54,677 nt of DNA, taken from an uncultured Deinococcales bacterium (GTDB lineage Bacteria; Deinococcota; Deinococci; Deinococcales; JAAFIG01). The notes below the pieces were generated by a model, which ran no database searches, was not told the origin of the DNA, and saw nothing but the letters and a program-made list of their open reading frames with translations. Numbering within the stretch: the stretch's first letter is position 1; each line of letters begins with the position of its first letter. The stretch spans positions 1 to 54,677 of the forward strand of contig CAXTTL010000008.1 of the NCBI GenBank assembly GCA_964247135.1, given 5' to 3'. The position numbers were made by a program, and so were the translations under genes. Positions 29,681-40,029 of the stretch are shown here, piece after piece.

Positions 29681-30571
29681 ATGTGGTGGATTTCGTTATT
29701 GCTGGTATTGTTAAGCGCCTGTGCGCCGCTCAACCAAAGTAAATCCGAGGCTGGAAATTGGCTCTCAATCCTCTCGGGTGCCACGGACATGCAAAACGTC
29801 ACCAAACTCGAGAATTTTCGTTACGGCAGTTTCTCGCGGCAAATGCTTGACGTGTACGTTCCCAAAAAAGCGGCTCGAGGAATCTTGGTTTTTGGCTATG
29901 GCGGCGGCTTTAAAGACGGCAACAAAGACGAATACGGTTTTGCAGGTGAGGCATTCGCCAGCCTTGGCTTTGTCACCATCGTTTACGATTACCGTTTAAA
30001 CCCAGATTTCACCTTCCCAATCTATCTCGAGGATGCCGCGCTGGTGGTGCGTTGGGCGGTCGATCACGCGGCACGTTTTGGAATCAACCCAAAAAATCTG
30101 GTGGTCGCCGGTCACTCGGCGGGCGCGTACCTGACTGCCATGCTCGCCACGGACAAACGGTATCTCGAGCGGGTGGGTTTAAAACCGAGCGACATCAAAT
30201 TGGCGCTGTGCTTGTCGGGGGGTTACGACTTTTACGATTCGAGCCGCAAAGAGCACGGCGGGTTTTTGTCCGACGATCTGCGTGACGTTTTTGGAAACCC
30301 AAGCACCTACTCCCAGACGCAACCGATTCGGTTTGTTGATGGTGATGAGCCACCATTTTTGATTGTCCACGGCACACAAGATCAGATTTTGCCAGTTTCT
30401 CAAGCCAGAAGTTTCGTGCAAAAACTTCAAGCCGCCCACGAATCCGTGAAGTATCTCGAGTACCCAAACCTTGACCACGCGCAAACCATCACCACGTTGG
30501 CGCAACCACTGCGGTTTCTCTCGAGCGTCTATGCCGACCTCAAAATCGAACTCGAGAAGCAACACCATTAA
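29681..30571 (+). CDS. Alpha/beta-hydrolase (esterase) lipoprotein
   Basis: Lipobox LSAC, YGGGF, GHSAG and HGTQD. Start uncertain (29645-29681). Confidence 0.85.
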   Translation: MWWISLLLVLLSACAPLNQSKSEAGNWLSILSGATDMQNVTKLENFRYGSFSRQMLDVYVPKKAARGILVFGYGGGFKDGNKDEYGFAGEAFASLGFVTIVYDYRLNPDFTFPIYLEDAALVVRWAVDHAARFGINPKNLVVAGHSAGAYLTAMLATDKRYLERVGLKPSDIKLALCLSGGYDFYDSSRKEHGGFLSDDLRDVFGNPSTYSQTQPIRFVDGDEPPFLIVHGTQDQILPVSQARSFVQKLQAAHESVKYLEYPNLDHAQTITTLAQPLRFLSSVYADLKIELEKQHH

Positions 30572-30574
30572 AAC

Positions 30575-30600
30575 AAAAACCGCACCAAAACGGTGCGGTT
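30575..30600. terminator. Hairpin terminator between the convergent esterase and tRNA genes
   Basis: AACCGCACC-AAAAC-GGTGCGGTT, with a U-tract on the minus strand. Confidence 0.8.
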
Positions 30601-30604
30601 GTCG

Positions 30605-30681
30605 TGGTGGGTGGTCCCGGACTCGAACCGGGGACCTTCACGTTATCAGCGGGATGCTCTAACCAACTGAGCTAACCACCC
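30605..30681 (-). tRNA. tRNA-Ile (GAT)
   Basis: 77-nt cloverleaf GGGTGGTTAGCTCAG..CTGATAA..GGTTCGAGTCC..ACCACCCACCA with encoded CCA. Confidence 0.95.
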
Positions 30682-30696
30682 ACAAAAGCGAACGAG

Positions 30697-30725
30697 ATGG
30701 TATCACGCACTTTCAGGCTCGTCAA
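30697..30725 (-). promoter_or_regulatory. Sigma70 promoter of tRNA-Ile
   Basis: TTGACG-17 bp-TACCAT on the minus strand. Confidence 0.75.
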
Positions 30726-30884
30726 GGGTGCTCGAGCTTCAAAAAAGGCGCGTGCCTGTCGATTTTGAGTCTCAAAAATGCCTTCACAAGAACTCGAGCC
30801 TCACCAAAATCGCTCTAAGTTCATGCAAGACAGCCAATTTGGGTTTTAGGATGCCTGGATTCTCGAGGGCTGGTATCGTGTTTC

Positions 30885-31778
30885 ATGACCAACCCAAGCC
30901 TTGAGAGCATCACCTCTCGCATCGCCCAAACCATGCGCAAACCCGTGCTTCGGCTCGAGCCTGTTATGGGCGGTGGGTATTCGTTGGCGTTGCGATTGCG
31001 AGCGTTTTTTGATGATGGTACGACGGCGTTCGTCAAAGTCGCCACCAGCGAGGATTTGGCAAATTTCTTGCGCACCGAGCACCACGTCTACTCGAGCCTC
31101 GGGAAACAAAATTTTCTGGCGGCATTTTACGGTTGGGACGACGATGGTTTACACCCCTTGTTGATCCTTGAGGATTTTGGTGCGGCGTTTTGCGCCCCGC
31201 CTTGGACGACAACTCGGATTGATGCGGTTCTGGCAACGCTCGAGCGTGTCCATCAAACACCTGCGCCCGTGGGTGTGCCGCAACTGGAAAGCCCAGAAAC
31301 CCGAGAAATGTTGAGCGGTTGGAAGGTCGTGGCTGAAAATCCCACAGCGTTTTTAAGCCTTGACTTGTGCCAAGTGGCTTGGCTCGAGGATGCTTTACCA
31401 GATTTGCTCGAGGCTGAAGCGAAAGTGATGCTGACAGGGACGGATTTCTTGCATCTCGATGTGCGTTCGGACAATTTATGCTTCCCGCAAGATCACCGTG
31501 CAGTCTTGGTGGATTGGAATTGGGTCAGTGTCGGCAATGGCGAGTTTGACTTGGCGGCGTGGCTGCCGAGCCTTGAAGCCGAAGGTGGTCCGCCACCAGA
31601 AACCTTCTTGCCCGATGCTGCGGTGTGGGCAGCGGCATTGTCTGGTTTTTTCGCGTCAAGGGCAGGCTTGCCCGCGCCAGAAGCCGCACCAACGGTACGA
31701 ACCGTACAACGTCAACAACTGGCAACCGCGCTGCCTTGGGCGGCTCGAGCGCTCGGTTTAACAGTTCCAAAAGCTTGA
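30885..31778 (+). CDS. Aminoglycoside phosphotransferase/choline kinase-like protein
   Basis: AFVK, HLDVRSDN and VDW kinase motifs. Confidence 0.85.
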   Translation: MTNPSLESITSRIAQTMRKPVLRLEPVMGGGYSLALRLRAFFDDGTTAFVKVATSEDLANFLRTEHHVYSSLGKQNFLAAFYGWDDDGLHPLLILEDFGAAFCAPPWTTTRIDAVLATLERVHQTPAPVGVPQLESPETREMLSGWKVVAENPTAFLSLDLCQVAWLEDALPDLLEAEAKVMLTGTDFLHLDVRSDNLCFPQDHRAVLVDWNWVSVGNGEFDLAAWLPSLEAEGGPPPETFLPDAAVWAAALSGFFASRAGLPAPEAAPTVRTVQRQQLATALPWAARALGLTVPKA

Positions 31779-31801
31779 ACGGGAAAAGGTATCGTATTTT
31801 C

Positions 31802-32767
31802 ATGACCAACCCCCTCACCAGCCTCCTCGAGTCTCAAAACGTTGTGATTCTGGATGGCGCACTCGCCACCGAACTCGAGCGGCGCGGTTGTGACCTGAAC
31901 GACCCGCTCTGGTCGGCACGGGTCTTGCTCGAGACGCCAGAATTGATTCGCCAGGTTCATGCCGATTATTTTGCGGCGGGTGCGGATTGTGCGATCACGG
32001 CGAGTTATCAGGCGACCTTTGAAGGTTTTGCGCGGCGCGGTTTATCGGCAACCCAAGCCGCAGATTTGATGAGGTTATCCGTTCAACTGGCGCTCGAGGC
32101 TCGAGATGCGTTCTGGGAGATTTCTGCGAACCGTGCCGGGCGGGTCAAGCCGTTTGTTGCGGCATCGGTCGGTCCTTATGGTGCGTTTCTGGCGGACGGT
32201 TCGGAATACCGAGGCGATTATGGTTTGACTCAAACCCAGTTGATAGACTTTCATCGCCCACGTTTGGCGGTGCTGGCGGCGTCTGGCGCGGATATTTTGG
32301 CGTGCGAAACCATTCCCAGTTTGCTCGAGGCAACAGCTTTGGCGCGTCTTCTCGAGGAATTCCCTGGCACAACTGCCTGGATCAGCTTTAGCGCCAAGGA
32401 TGGTGCGCATGTCAACAACGGCGAAACCTTTGCCGAATGCGTGACGGCGCTCGAAGCTTTCCCACAGGTGGTGGCGGTCGGCATCAATTGCACCGCACCG
32501 CAATTCATCACCGATTTGGTACGGTCGGCTCGAGGTTTGACCCAAAAACCGATGGTGGTCTACCCCAATTCTGGGGAAACCTACAACGCCATTTCAAAAC
32601 GCTGGAATGGCGAGGAAACATGTCAAAGCTTTGCCAGCAAGGCTCGAGCCTGGTTTGAGGCGGGTGCGAACATCATCGGTGGTTGTTGCCGCACCAGCCC
32701 AGAGCATATTCGGGCGTTAAAACTCGAGATTCCCCTGATACAAACCCCAGCACACCTTGGGCGGTAG
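31802..32767 (+). CDS. mmuM: Homocysteine S-methyltransferase
   Basis: LDGALATELE, SVGPYGA, GINC, YPNSGE and GGCCRT motifs. Confidence 0.95.
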   Translation: MTNPLTSLLESQNVVILDGALATELERRGCDLNDPLWSARVLLETPELIRQVHADYFAAGADCAITASYQATFEGFARRGLSATQAADLMRLSVQLALEARDAFWEISANRAGRVKPFVAASVGPYGAFLADGSEYRGDYGLTQTQLIDFHRPRLAVLAASGADILACETIPSLLEATALARLLEEFPGTTAWISFSAKDGAHVNNGETFAECVTALEAFPQVVAVGINCTAPQFITDLVRSARGLTQKPMVVYPNSGETYNAISKRWNGEETCQSFASKARAWFEAGANIIGGCCRTSPEHIRALKLEIPLIQTPAHLGR

Positions 32768-32815
32768 ACTGTGGAAAATCAATCGGTTCTCTCGAGCCGC
32801 ATATTTGGAGGCTTC

Positions 32816-34222
32816 ATGAAATACGACGTGTTTGTGATCGGTGCGGGACCTGGTGGTTATCACGCCGCCATTCGGGCGGCGCAATTGGGGTTGAAGGTGG
32901 CAATCGCCGAAAAGGAATTCTGGGGCGGCGTCTGCCTGAACGTCGGTTGCATTCCGACCAAAGCGCTGCTTCACGTTGGACAAGAAATTTACAACGCCAA
33001 ACACGGCAAAGATTTTGGTCTCAACATCCTCGAGATGAACCTGGATTTGAAAGCCGTCAACAAGTACCGCGACGGCATCGTCAAAAAACTGACCAGCGGC
33101 GTCTCGAGCCTGTTAAAAGGCAATGGCGTGACCATGTTCGAGGGCGAGGCGAAACTGACGGGCAAGAATTCGGCAACCGTCAAAACCAAAGACGGCGAGA
33201 CGACGCTCGAGTTTGCGAACTGCATCGTGGCGGTGGGCGGCGGGATCAACCATTTAAAAACCTTTCCAGTGGACGGTTATGACATTGTCGATTCCACCAG
33301 CGGTCTGGTGATTCCCGACGCCGTGCCAGCCAGGGTCTTGTGCATTGGCGGCGGCGTGATCGGTATGGAATTCGCCACGATTTACAACCGCCTGGGCAGC
33401 GATGTCACCGTGATCGAACCACTGCCGAGCATCATCGCTGGGGCAGACGCGGAAATTGTTGGCATCGCCATGAAAAGCTATAAAAAACAGGGCATCAAAA
33501 TTTCGCTTCGCACGGGCGCAAACGGATTTGAAAAGAAAGCCGATGGCTTGCACGTCGAACTCGAGAATTTAGAAACCAAAGAAAAACGGGTTGAGATTTT
33601 TGATCGTGTGGTCAGCGCCGTGGGGCGTCACGCCAAAGGGAAGGGTCTTGGACTCGAGGAAATTGGCGTCAAACTGACCGAACGCGGCGCGGTTGAAATC
33701 GACCCGCAGACGCTCGAGACGAACGTTCCAGGGATTTACGCGATTGGCGATGTCGTGCCTGGCATTTGGCTGGCGCACAAAGCCATGAAAGACGGCTTGG
33801 TGGCTGCCGAACGCTGCGCGGGCAAAAAGAGCGTCAACGATGCCGTGGCGGTCCCTGGTGTGGTCTACACCAGCCCAGAGATTGCCTGGGTTGGACCGAC
33901 GCAAACCGAACTCGAGGCGAAGGGCTTCAACCTGAAAATTGGCAAATTCCCACTGGCGGCGTTGGGTCGCGCCCTGACCTTGGGTTCGACCGAAGGCACG
34001 ATCAAAATGATTGCCGATGCCGAAACCGATTTGGTGCTGGCGGTTCACGTGGTCGGACCAAACGCCAGCGACATCATCGGCGAGGCGTGTTTGGCGCTCG
34101 AGATGGCAGCCACAGTTTCCGACATCGCCCTGACGATTCACCCACACCCAACCCTTGCGGAATTGATGGGCGAGGTTGCGGAAGCCACGCACAAGCACAG
34201 CATTCACATCATCAACAAGTAG
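32816..34222 (+). CDS. lpdA: Dihydrolipoyl dehydrogenase
   Basis: [20 protein letters not shown] and HPHPTLAE motifs; GGAGG RBS. Confidence 0.97.
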   Translation: MKYDVFVIGAGPGGYHAAIRAAQLGLKVAIAEKEFWGGVCLNVGCIPTKALLHVGQEIYNAKHGKDFGLNILEMNLDLKAVNKYRDGIVKKLTSGVSSLLKGNGVTMFEGEAKLTGKNSATVKTKDGETTLEFANCIVAVGGGINHLKTFPVDGYDIVDSTSGLVIPDAVPARVLCIGGGVIGMEFATIYNRLGSDVTVIEPLPSIIAGADAEIVGIAMKSYKKQGIKISLRTGANGFEKKADGLHVELENLETKEKRVEIFDRVVSAVGRHAKGKGLGLEEIGVKLTERGAVEIDPQTLETNVPGIYAIGDVVPGIWLAHKAMKDGLVAAERCAGKKSVNDAVAVPGVVYTSPEIAWVGPTQTELEAKGFNLKIGKFPLAALGRALTLGSTEGTIKMIADAETDLVLAVHVVGPNASDIIGEACLALEMAATVSDIALTIHPHPTLAELMGEVAEATHKHSIHIINK

Positions 34223-34236
34223 CGATTCGCAAATAG

Positions 34237-34269
34237 AAAAAAGCGAACCCATTTTGGGTTCGCTTTTTT
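34237..34269. terminator. Bidirectional intrinsic terminator
   Basis: AAAAAAGCGAACCC-ATTTT-GGGTTCGCTTTTTT. Confidence 0.9.
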
Positions 34270-34301
34270 GTCGCTCGAGATTCGATTTTGTTGACAGTTG
34301 T

Positions 34302-35312
34302 TCAAGCTTCAAACCCGAGCTGCATTTTCATCCAGCCGCTCGAGTTGAAAAAATTCGCGGCGGCACTGCCTGGCGGCACAATGCCGTCACAGGCAAGCCG
34401 AATTTCATCGGGCAGTGTCATCTCGAGCACGGGCAATAAATGCTCGAGTTGCGCCACGTTTTTGGGTCCAATGATCGGCGCGGCGATGCCTGGTTGATCT
34501 TTGACCCACAACAACGCGAGTTGCGCGGGATCAAAGCCAGCATCTCGAGCGAGTTGCACGAATTGATTTGCCACCCGCACGGCATTGGGCGTGACCCGAT
34601 CTGCGTAAATCCCACCGCGTTGAGAGGCTCGAGAATCCTCGGGGCGGGTGTTTTCATGCTCGTATCGCCCCGCCAGCATTCCCATCGCCATCGGCGACCA
34701 CGGCAGTAACGCCAGGTCGTAGGCTTGCGCCATCGGAACGAGTTCGTTTTCGATGCGGCGATCCAGCAAATTGTACGGCGGTTGTTCACTCGCAAACCGC
34801 ACAAAACCCTTCGCTTCAGAAGTCATAATTCCCTCGAGAATCTTCCAGGCGGGCGCGGTGCTGCAACCGATGTACCGCACCATGCCAAGGCGCACCAAAT
34901 CCGTTAGCGCAGACAGGGTTTCCTCGAGCGGTACAGCAAAATCCATGCGGTGCAGTTGGTACAGATCGATGTGGTCGGTACGAAGGCGCTTTAAACTGTC
35001 TTCGCAGGCTTTCAGAATGTGTTGCCGACTGTTTCCACGGTCATTCGCGCCCGTGCCGGTCGGGTAATGCACTTTGGTCGCAATGAACGCCTGGTCGCGC
35101 CGCCCAAGCTTCTCGAGCGTCTGCCCGATGATGCGCTCCGACTCGCCCGCGCGGTACGAATTGCTGGTGTCAATCAAATTGATGCCAGCGTCAAGCGCCC
35201 GCTCGAGCATGGCGGCACATTCGGTTTCCAGGGTTGGGTTTAAGAAATTGTCGGTTCCCAACGCGAGAGGGGAGACAAAAACGCCAGTGCGTCCAAAAGG
35301 TCTAAATTGCAT
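34302..35312 (-). CDS. Aldo/keto reductase
   Basis: [26 protein letters not shown] and WSPMAMG motifs. Confidence 0.95.
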   Translation of the reverse strand: MQFRPFGRTGVFVSPLALGTDNFLNPTLETECAAMLERALDAGINLIDTSNSYRAGESERIIGQTLEKLGRRDQAFIATKVHYPTGTGANDRGNSRQHILKACEDSLKRLRTDHIDLYQLHRMDFAVPLEETLSALTDLVRLGMVRYIGCSTAPAWKILEGIMTSEAKGFVRFASEQPPYNLLDRRIENELVPMAQAYDLALLPWSPMAMGMLAGRYEHENTRPEDSRASQRGGIYADRVTPNAVRVANQFVQLARDAGFDPAQLALLWVKDQPGIAAPIIGPKNVAQLEHLLPVLEMTLPDEIRLACDGIVPPGSAAANFFNSSGWMKMQLGFEA

Positions 35313-35525
35313 GTTTATATTCTGGCAGGAAAATCTCTTTTGTGCTGAACATGGAAATCCGATCTGAAACGAATTGAGAATCTCGATAATTAGAAACCCT
35401 CAATTGTAACTCTAAATACAGAATCCTAAACTGGGTGAGCGATACTTCTGTTTACACGACTAAACCTTTGCTTTAGCCAAATCGTCAGCCCTTCAAGCCC
35501 TTCGCTGTTGTGAAAGGAGCAGACC

Positions 35526-35792
35526 ATGAATCAAAACATCGCCCCATCAGCCGCCCATCCAGTGCAATGTCGTTGGGTTCCAGGCACACTCGACAAAGTT
35601 CGGGTCAGCGACCCCGAGATTCATCAGGACATGATTCTCGAGCTTCGTGACTTTTTGGAACTCGCCAACCGCGATGCGGTCAATGCGCTTCACATGCAGG
35701 GTTTGGCGCAACTTCAGTGTGATCAAAAGCAGTGGAATGTCTTGTCGGCGCTGGCGGTTTCGCCCTGGAACGATTCCTCGGCTTATCTTTAA
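35526..35792 (+). CDS. Hypothetical protein (88 aa)
   Basis: Strong AAGGAG RBS; fills the gap between neighbouring genes. Confidence 0.7.
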   Translation: MNQNIAPSAAHPVQCRWVPGTLDKVRVSDPEIHQDMILELRDFLELANRDAVNALHMQGLAQLQCDQKQWNVLSALAVSPWNDSSAYL

Positions 35793-35878
35793 AGCTCGAG
35801 TTTCCCAAATCCTTGAAAAGTAAAATAGTTCATTCATTGAATTGTTTGCTTTTCCAAGGATTTTTAAATTGTCTCGGG

Positions 35879-36523
35879 TTAAACACCGTCGGTTGGCACA
35901 AGCCCAACGTGGGCAAAATACGATTCTGTGCCGCTCGGTTGTTGATACCGCAGCAACAACTCGAGCATTTCACGCTGTAATTTTTTGGCATCGGGGTACG
36001 ACAGCCTAAACTCCATAAACGAACTCATCATGGCGGGCGCGTCAGGCTCGAGCATGGCTTCCAGGGTGTCAAAATGTTCGCCATCGGCGCTGATATCCGT
36101 GATGGCATGGTTGTCACGCAAGTACAAACGCAAACCCGTTTTGGCGGGGTCTTTGACCAAACTTTTTCCCGCCCTGGTCAAAAGAGTGTTGAAGACTTTT
36201 TGGCTCTCCGCCATGATTTGCTGCACAAAACCCTCGAGCGTGACGGCGGGCGTGGCGTAGAACGGAATGAAAAAACCATCGCTGCTGGCACGGTAATGCT
36301 TGATCGCCCGACCTCGGCGCGATTCGAGCCGCGTCAGCTCGATCAGTCCCAAACGCTCGAGTAACCGCACCTGGTAATGCGCGGCTTGCAGACCCATGTT
36401 CAACTGCTCGGCGAGTTGCGAAACACTCAAGGTTTGGCGCATGAATGGCTCGAGAAAGCGACGACGTTCGAGCTGCAACATGATGCTCACGGCTCGAGGT
36501 TCGGTGATGGTCTGCCAGCGCAT
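35879..36523 (-). CDS. ArsR-like winged-helix regulator
   Basis: SVSQLAEQL..AHYQVRLLERLGLI..GRAIKHY. TACGAT-N6-ATG start. Confidence 0.85.
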   Translation of the reverse strand: MRWQTITEPRAVSIMLQLERRRFLEPFMRQTLSVSQLAEQLNMGLQAAHYQVRLLERLGLIELTRLESRRGRAIKHYRASSDGFFIPFYATPAVTLEGFVQQIMAESQKVFNTLLTRAGKSLVKDPAKTGLRLYLRDNHAITDISADGEHFDTLEAMLEPDAPAMMSSFMEFRLSYPDAKKLQREMLELLLRYQQPSGTESYFAHVGLVPTDGV

Positions 36524-36595
36524 GGCATAATCGTACAAGATGTCTACTTGAAAACCAGGCTTGCAACTCGAGTAAATAAACTTGATGCTGTGGTC

Positions 36596-37786
36596 ATGAC
36601 CCTCGAAACCGATTTACAGGCTTTGTTCTCGCCCGCCGCCCATGCCAACCCTTTCCCACTGTACGAAGCGGTGCGTGCCCACGGTTCGGTGCTACCGATG
36701 CCAGAATGGAAGACCAACTTTGTGCTCTCGCTCGAGGCGGTGCAAAAACTGTTTCGCCTGCCCAGCATTTCCAGTGACCGCATGGGCGGCATGGCACAAC
36801 TCGAGAACACCGCCTCGATGACCCTGCTGCGCCACATGATGCTGTTCCATGACGGGGCAAACCATGCCAGGTTGCGCGGTCTGGTCTCAAGTGCCTTTAG
36901 CCCAAAAGCCGTCGAGGAAACCCGAGCATTCATTGCCAGTACCGTCAAACAATTGCTCGAGCATCATGCCCGAGACGGCACAAATTTTGTCGCCAACGTC
37001 GCCGTCCCACTGCCGTTGCTGGTCATCCTCGAGATGCTGGGCGTGTCCGACACGGAGCGCCACAACCTCAAACGCTGGTCCGAAAGTGTTGCGGCTTTGT
37101 TCGACGGCGGCAGCCTGAGCGAAGAGCGTTTTCCCGCCATCGAACAAGACATTCAAGACCTGCGTGCCCACTTTCAAAACATTGCCGACGAACTCCGTGC
37201 CAATCCGCGCCCAGGCGTGCTCTCGGCGATGGCGAACGCCGAAAACGGCGCACTCTCGAGCGACGAATTGCTCGCCAATGCCGCGCTGTTGATGGTCGCA
37301 GGACACGAAACCACCACCAATTTGCTCTCGGGGGCGATGCTCGAGTTTTCACGCCAAAAAGACGCCTGGCAAGACTTGCTCGAGCATCCAGAATGGCTGG
37401 GCAACTGCGTTGAGGAACTGCTGCGCATCATCAGTCCAGTCACCATCACAGATCGCGTTTTGACGGCGTCGCTCGAGTTAAATGGTGTCACCATGCAGCC
37501 TGGCGGTGTTTCGTTGATGCTGGCAGCCGCCAACCGCGACCCCAAACATTTCAGCGAACCCGCACGCCTCATGCCAAACCGCACCAACGCCAAAGACCAC
37601 GTTGCATTCGCCGCAGGCGCTCACTACTGCCTCGGCGCACCGCTGGCACGGCTCGAGGTACGCGTTTTCTTGGAGGTGCTGCTCGAGCACTACCCACGTT
37701 TTACGGTCAAGCAAAACAGCGCCACCTACCGCGAGAATTTTTCCTTGCGTGGTTTGAACCAGCTCGAGGTGCAACTCGAGGCTTAA
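36596..37786 (+). CDS. Cytochrome P450
   Basis: AGHETT, EELLR, AANRDP and heme motif FAAGAHYCLG. Confidence 0.96.
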   Translation: MTLETDLQALFSPAAHANPFPLYEAVRAHGSVLPMPEWKTNFVLSLEAVQKLFRLPSISSDRMGGMAQLENTASMTLLRHMMLFHDGANHARLRGLVSSAFSPKAVEETRAFIASTVKQLLEHHARDGTNFVANVAVPLPLLVILEMLGVSDTERHNLKRWSESVAALFDGGSLSEERFPAIEQDIQDLRAHFQNIADELRANPRPGVLSAMANAENGALSSDELLANAALLMVAGHETTTNLLSGAMLEFSRQKDAWQDLLEHPEWLGNCVEELLRIISPVTITDRVLTASLELNGVTMQPGGVSLMLAAANRDPKHFSEPARLMPNRTNAKDHVAFAAGAHYCLGAPLARLEVRVFLEVLLEHYPRFTVKQNSATYRENFSLRGLNQLEVQLEA

Positions 37787-39906
37787 AGCACAATGTCGCT
37801 CAAGGCTTGAATCGGAATCAAACTCAGTGCCTCCTCGCCCACCACGGGTTGATCGGCTCGAGCGATGGTGTCCGCCTTGCGAATGGCTGTTCCAAAATCC
37901 AAACCTGTGCGTTTCTCGATTTGCGTAATTGCCACACGCCAATGCGAAACGTTGACGCTCGAGCTTGGTTGCGGCATACCGAGCGATTTGCGTTCTTCGG
38001 ACAAGAGCGCCAGTTGATCGACCACCATGCCAACCGCCTTGAGCGCCTTCTCGCCCTTCCAAACCACGATCTTCCAAAATGAGGACGGAATTTGCACATC
38101 ATCCGCCCAGAGGTCGATGGTGTCATCAAAAATCGGTCCCTGAAAGACGCACAAATGCTTGTTGGGATTGCTGGTTTTTAAGACACCCTGCTCGAGCACG
38201 TACTGTTCGACGCCCTGCCAAAATTTGGTGGTCTGGTTGAAGCGAAAATGTTGCGGCGAGCAGTTGGTGAAATGAAAGGTGTCCGCGTTGGCTCGGGCGG
38301 CGGTTTGATTGTCGCCCCAGGTTGGGTCGGAGCGCCGCGTCAAATGCCCACGGTCAAAATAGGTTGACCACGCCGAGTAAAAGGTCTGATCGAGAAAAAA
38401 ACTGGCACTGATGCGCACATCCTTAAACCAAGTTTCACCCTCCGCGTTTGAAACCTGCCCCGTCTTGCGATCCACCGACAAATAGGTTTCGCCGTCAATG
38501 TTGGTGGCGGTAAAAAGGGCAATGCGTTTGGACTTGTTCATCTTCAAACTGAAATGCTCGTACTTCAACTCGCCCGCCTCGAAGTCGGTTTCTTGCGCCC
38601 GCAACGGCGCAATTTGTGAGGCATCCGTGACCATCGGCAAGGGTATGCTCGAGCCGTCAATAAAATCTGTGTTGTAACCCGTGCGGTTGGAATAATCCTG
38701 GTCAACCTTCAAGACTTCCGCCCCTCGAGTCAGGGTTTTGGTCGGCACTTCCAGGCTTGTCGGGGCGCTCGAGCTTGCAGGCAATGACACTGCGCTACCT
38801 CCCAAGCGCACACTGATTTCCAGGGGAACTGTAAACCGAACTTCACCGCTCGAGTCTGCATGGTTTGCCATAACCACTCCTTGTGAATCTGGAATCTGAA
38901 AAACTTCGGGTTTTGAAATTTTCGGTGGCGAAAGCTTTTTGGTCTCACCCGCGATTGAAGTGACCCGAGCGCTTCCCGCCGCCTCGAGCACCTCACGCAA
39001 CAGGGCTTGCTGATCTGGCGGCAGGCTCGAGAGTTTGCTTTGCAAATCCTTGTAAATCGCACTGATTCGCACACCCTCGTTGACGTTGATGGTCACCGGA
39101 ATTTGCTGTCCCCTGTCATCCTGATGCTCGAGAAACGGTTGCGCCCAGTGGTGCAACGCCACCAACTCCCACTCGTCATTGAAGACCGGCGAACCCGAAG
39201 AACCCTCCTCGGTGTCGGTTTCGTACAGCAGCGTCCGGTCCGTGCGGTAGACCAAATTGTTGTTGCGCAATGCAATCATCTTCAGCCAACCTTTTGGATG
39301 CTGAACAATGTTGACGTTCATGCCGATCACGTGCCTATCGGGACGGTCTGAGAGCGCACAAAAGCCAAAATCGGACAATGCCGCATTCCCAGAATTCAAA
39401 CGTCCGACCGCCACCAGCGCGTAATCCAACTGATCTGGCATGGAAAACAACGCGAACTTTTCAGGCTCGAGCAAATACGAGGTTGTGGGAAGCGCCGTGC
39501 CATCATTGCCCAGTTCGCGGTCAAAAGTGATTTGCGTCCCTCGAGCCTCATTGATGTCGCCAATGACATGACAATTGGTTAAAAAAAGGTTCGGGCTGAC
39601 CAAAAAACCGCTGCCCAATTTCGATTCGTTCGGCGTGTTGACCTCGACATAACCCACCGCCCGACGCACGGCAGCGCCCATCGGCAAAAACCGAATGGGT
39701 TGCAGGTCAATCGTGTCACCGACAATTGCTTCCGCCCCAGGCGGCGCGACACCCTGGGTGCGTTTGTCCATGTACGCCGCAGAGCGCACCTTGTCGGGTT
39801 CGGCATCGCGCCAACGTTTTTGCCCAATTAAAGTTCGGACTCGAGCACGCTCAACTTGGCTGGACTGGACAAGCTCGAGGATGGATTGGCTGTCGTCTGG
39901 GTTCAT
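37783..39906 (-). CDS. Trypsin-like serine protease fused to a DNA/RNA non-specific (EndoG/NucA-type) endonuclease
   Basis: Protease triad TNCH/LDYAL/GSSGSP; nuclease DRGHL, TNCSPQ..FNQ..W..E; no signal peptide. Confidence 0.92.
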   Translation of the reverse strand: MNPDDSQSILELVQSSQVERARVRTLIGQKRWRDAEPDKVRSAAYMDKRTQGVAPPGAEAIVGDTIDLQPIRFLPMGAAVRRAVGYVEVNTPNESKLGSGFLVSPNLFLTNCHVIGDINEARGTQITFDRELGNDGTALPTTSYLLEPEKFALFSMPDQLDYALVAVGRLNSGNAALSDFGFCALSDRPDRHVIGMNVNIVQHPKGWLKMIALRNNNLVYRTDRTLLYETDTEEGSSGSPVFNDEWELVALHHWAQPFLEHQDDRGQQIPVTINVNEGVRISAIYKDLQSKLSSLPPDQQALLREVLEAAGSARVTSIAGETKKLSPPKISKPEVFQIPDSQGVVMANHADSSGEVRFTVPLEISVRLGGSAVSLPASSSAPTSLEVPTKTLTRGAEVLKVDQDYSNRTGYNTDFIDGSSIPLPMVTDASQIAPLRAQETDFEAGELKYEHFSLKMNKSKRIALFTATNIDGETYLSVDRKTGQVSNAEGETWFKDVRISASFFLDQTFYSAWSTYFDRGHLTRRSDPTWGDNQTAARANADTFHFTNCSPQHFRFNQTTKFWQGVEQYVLEQGVLKTSNPNKHLCVFQGPIFDDTIDLWADDVQIPSSFWKIVVWKGEKALKAVGMVVDQLALLSEERKSLGMPQPSSSVNVSHWRVAITQIEKRTGLDFGTAIRKADTIARADQPVVGEEALSLIPIQALSDIVL

Positions 39907-40029
39907 GGTTCACCTCGGGAATGAAAGCTGGTTGAAACACTAAAGTATTGCATGAGGACGTGAAAAGACCTTGATTGAGCCTCGAGTTCGCTGTCTGGTG
40001 CGAGAAAAACTCGATTCGATATAACGCCA

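Noticed and set aside
30571-30900. tRNA-anchored integrative element
   Set aside because: No integrase and no duplicated tRNA 3' end seen in the window.
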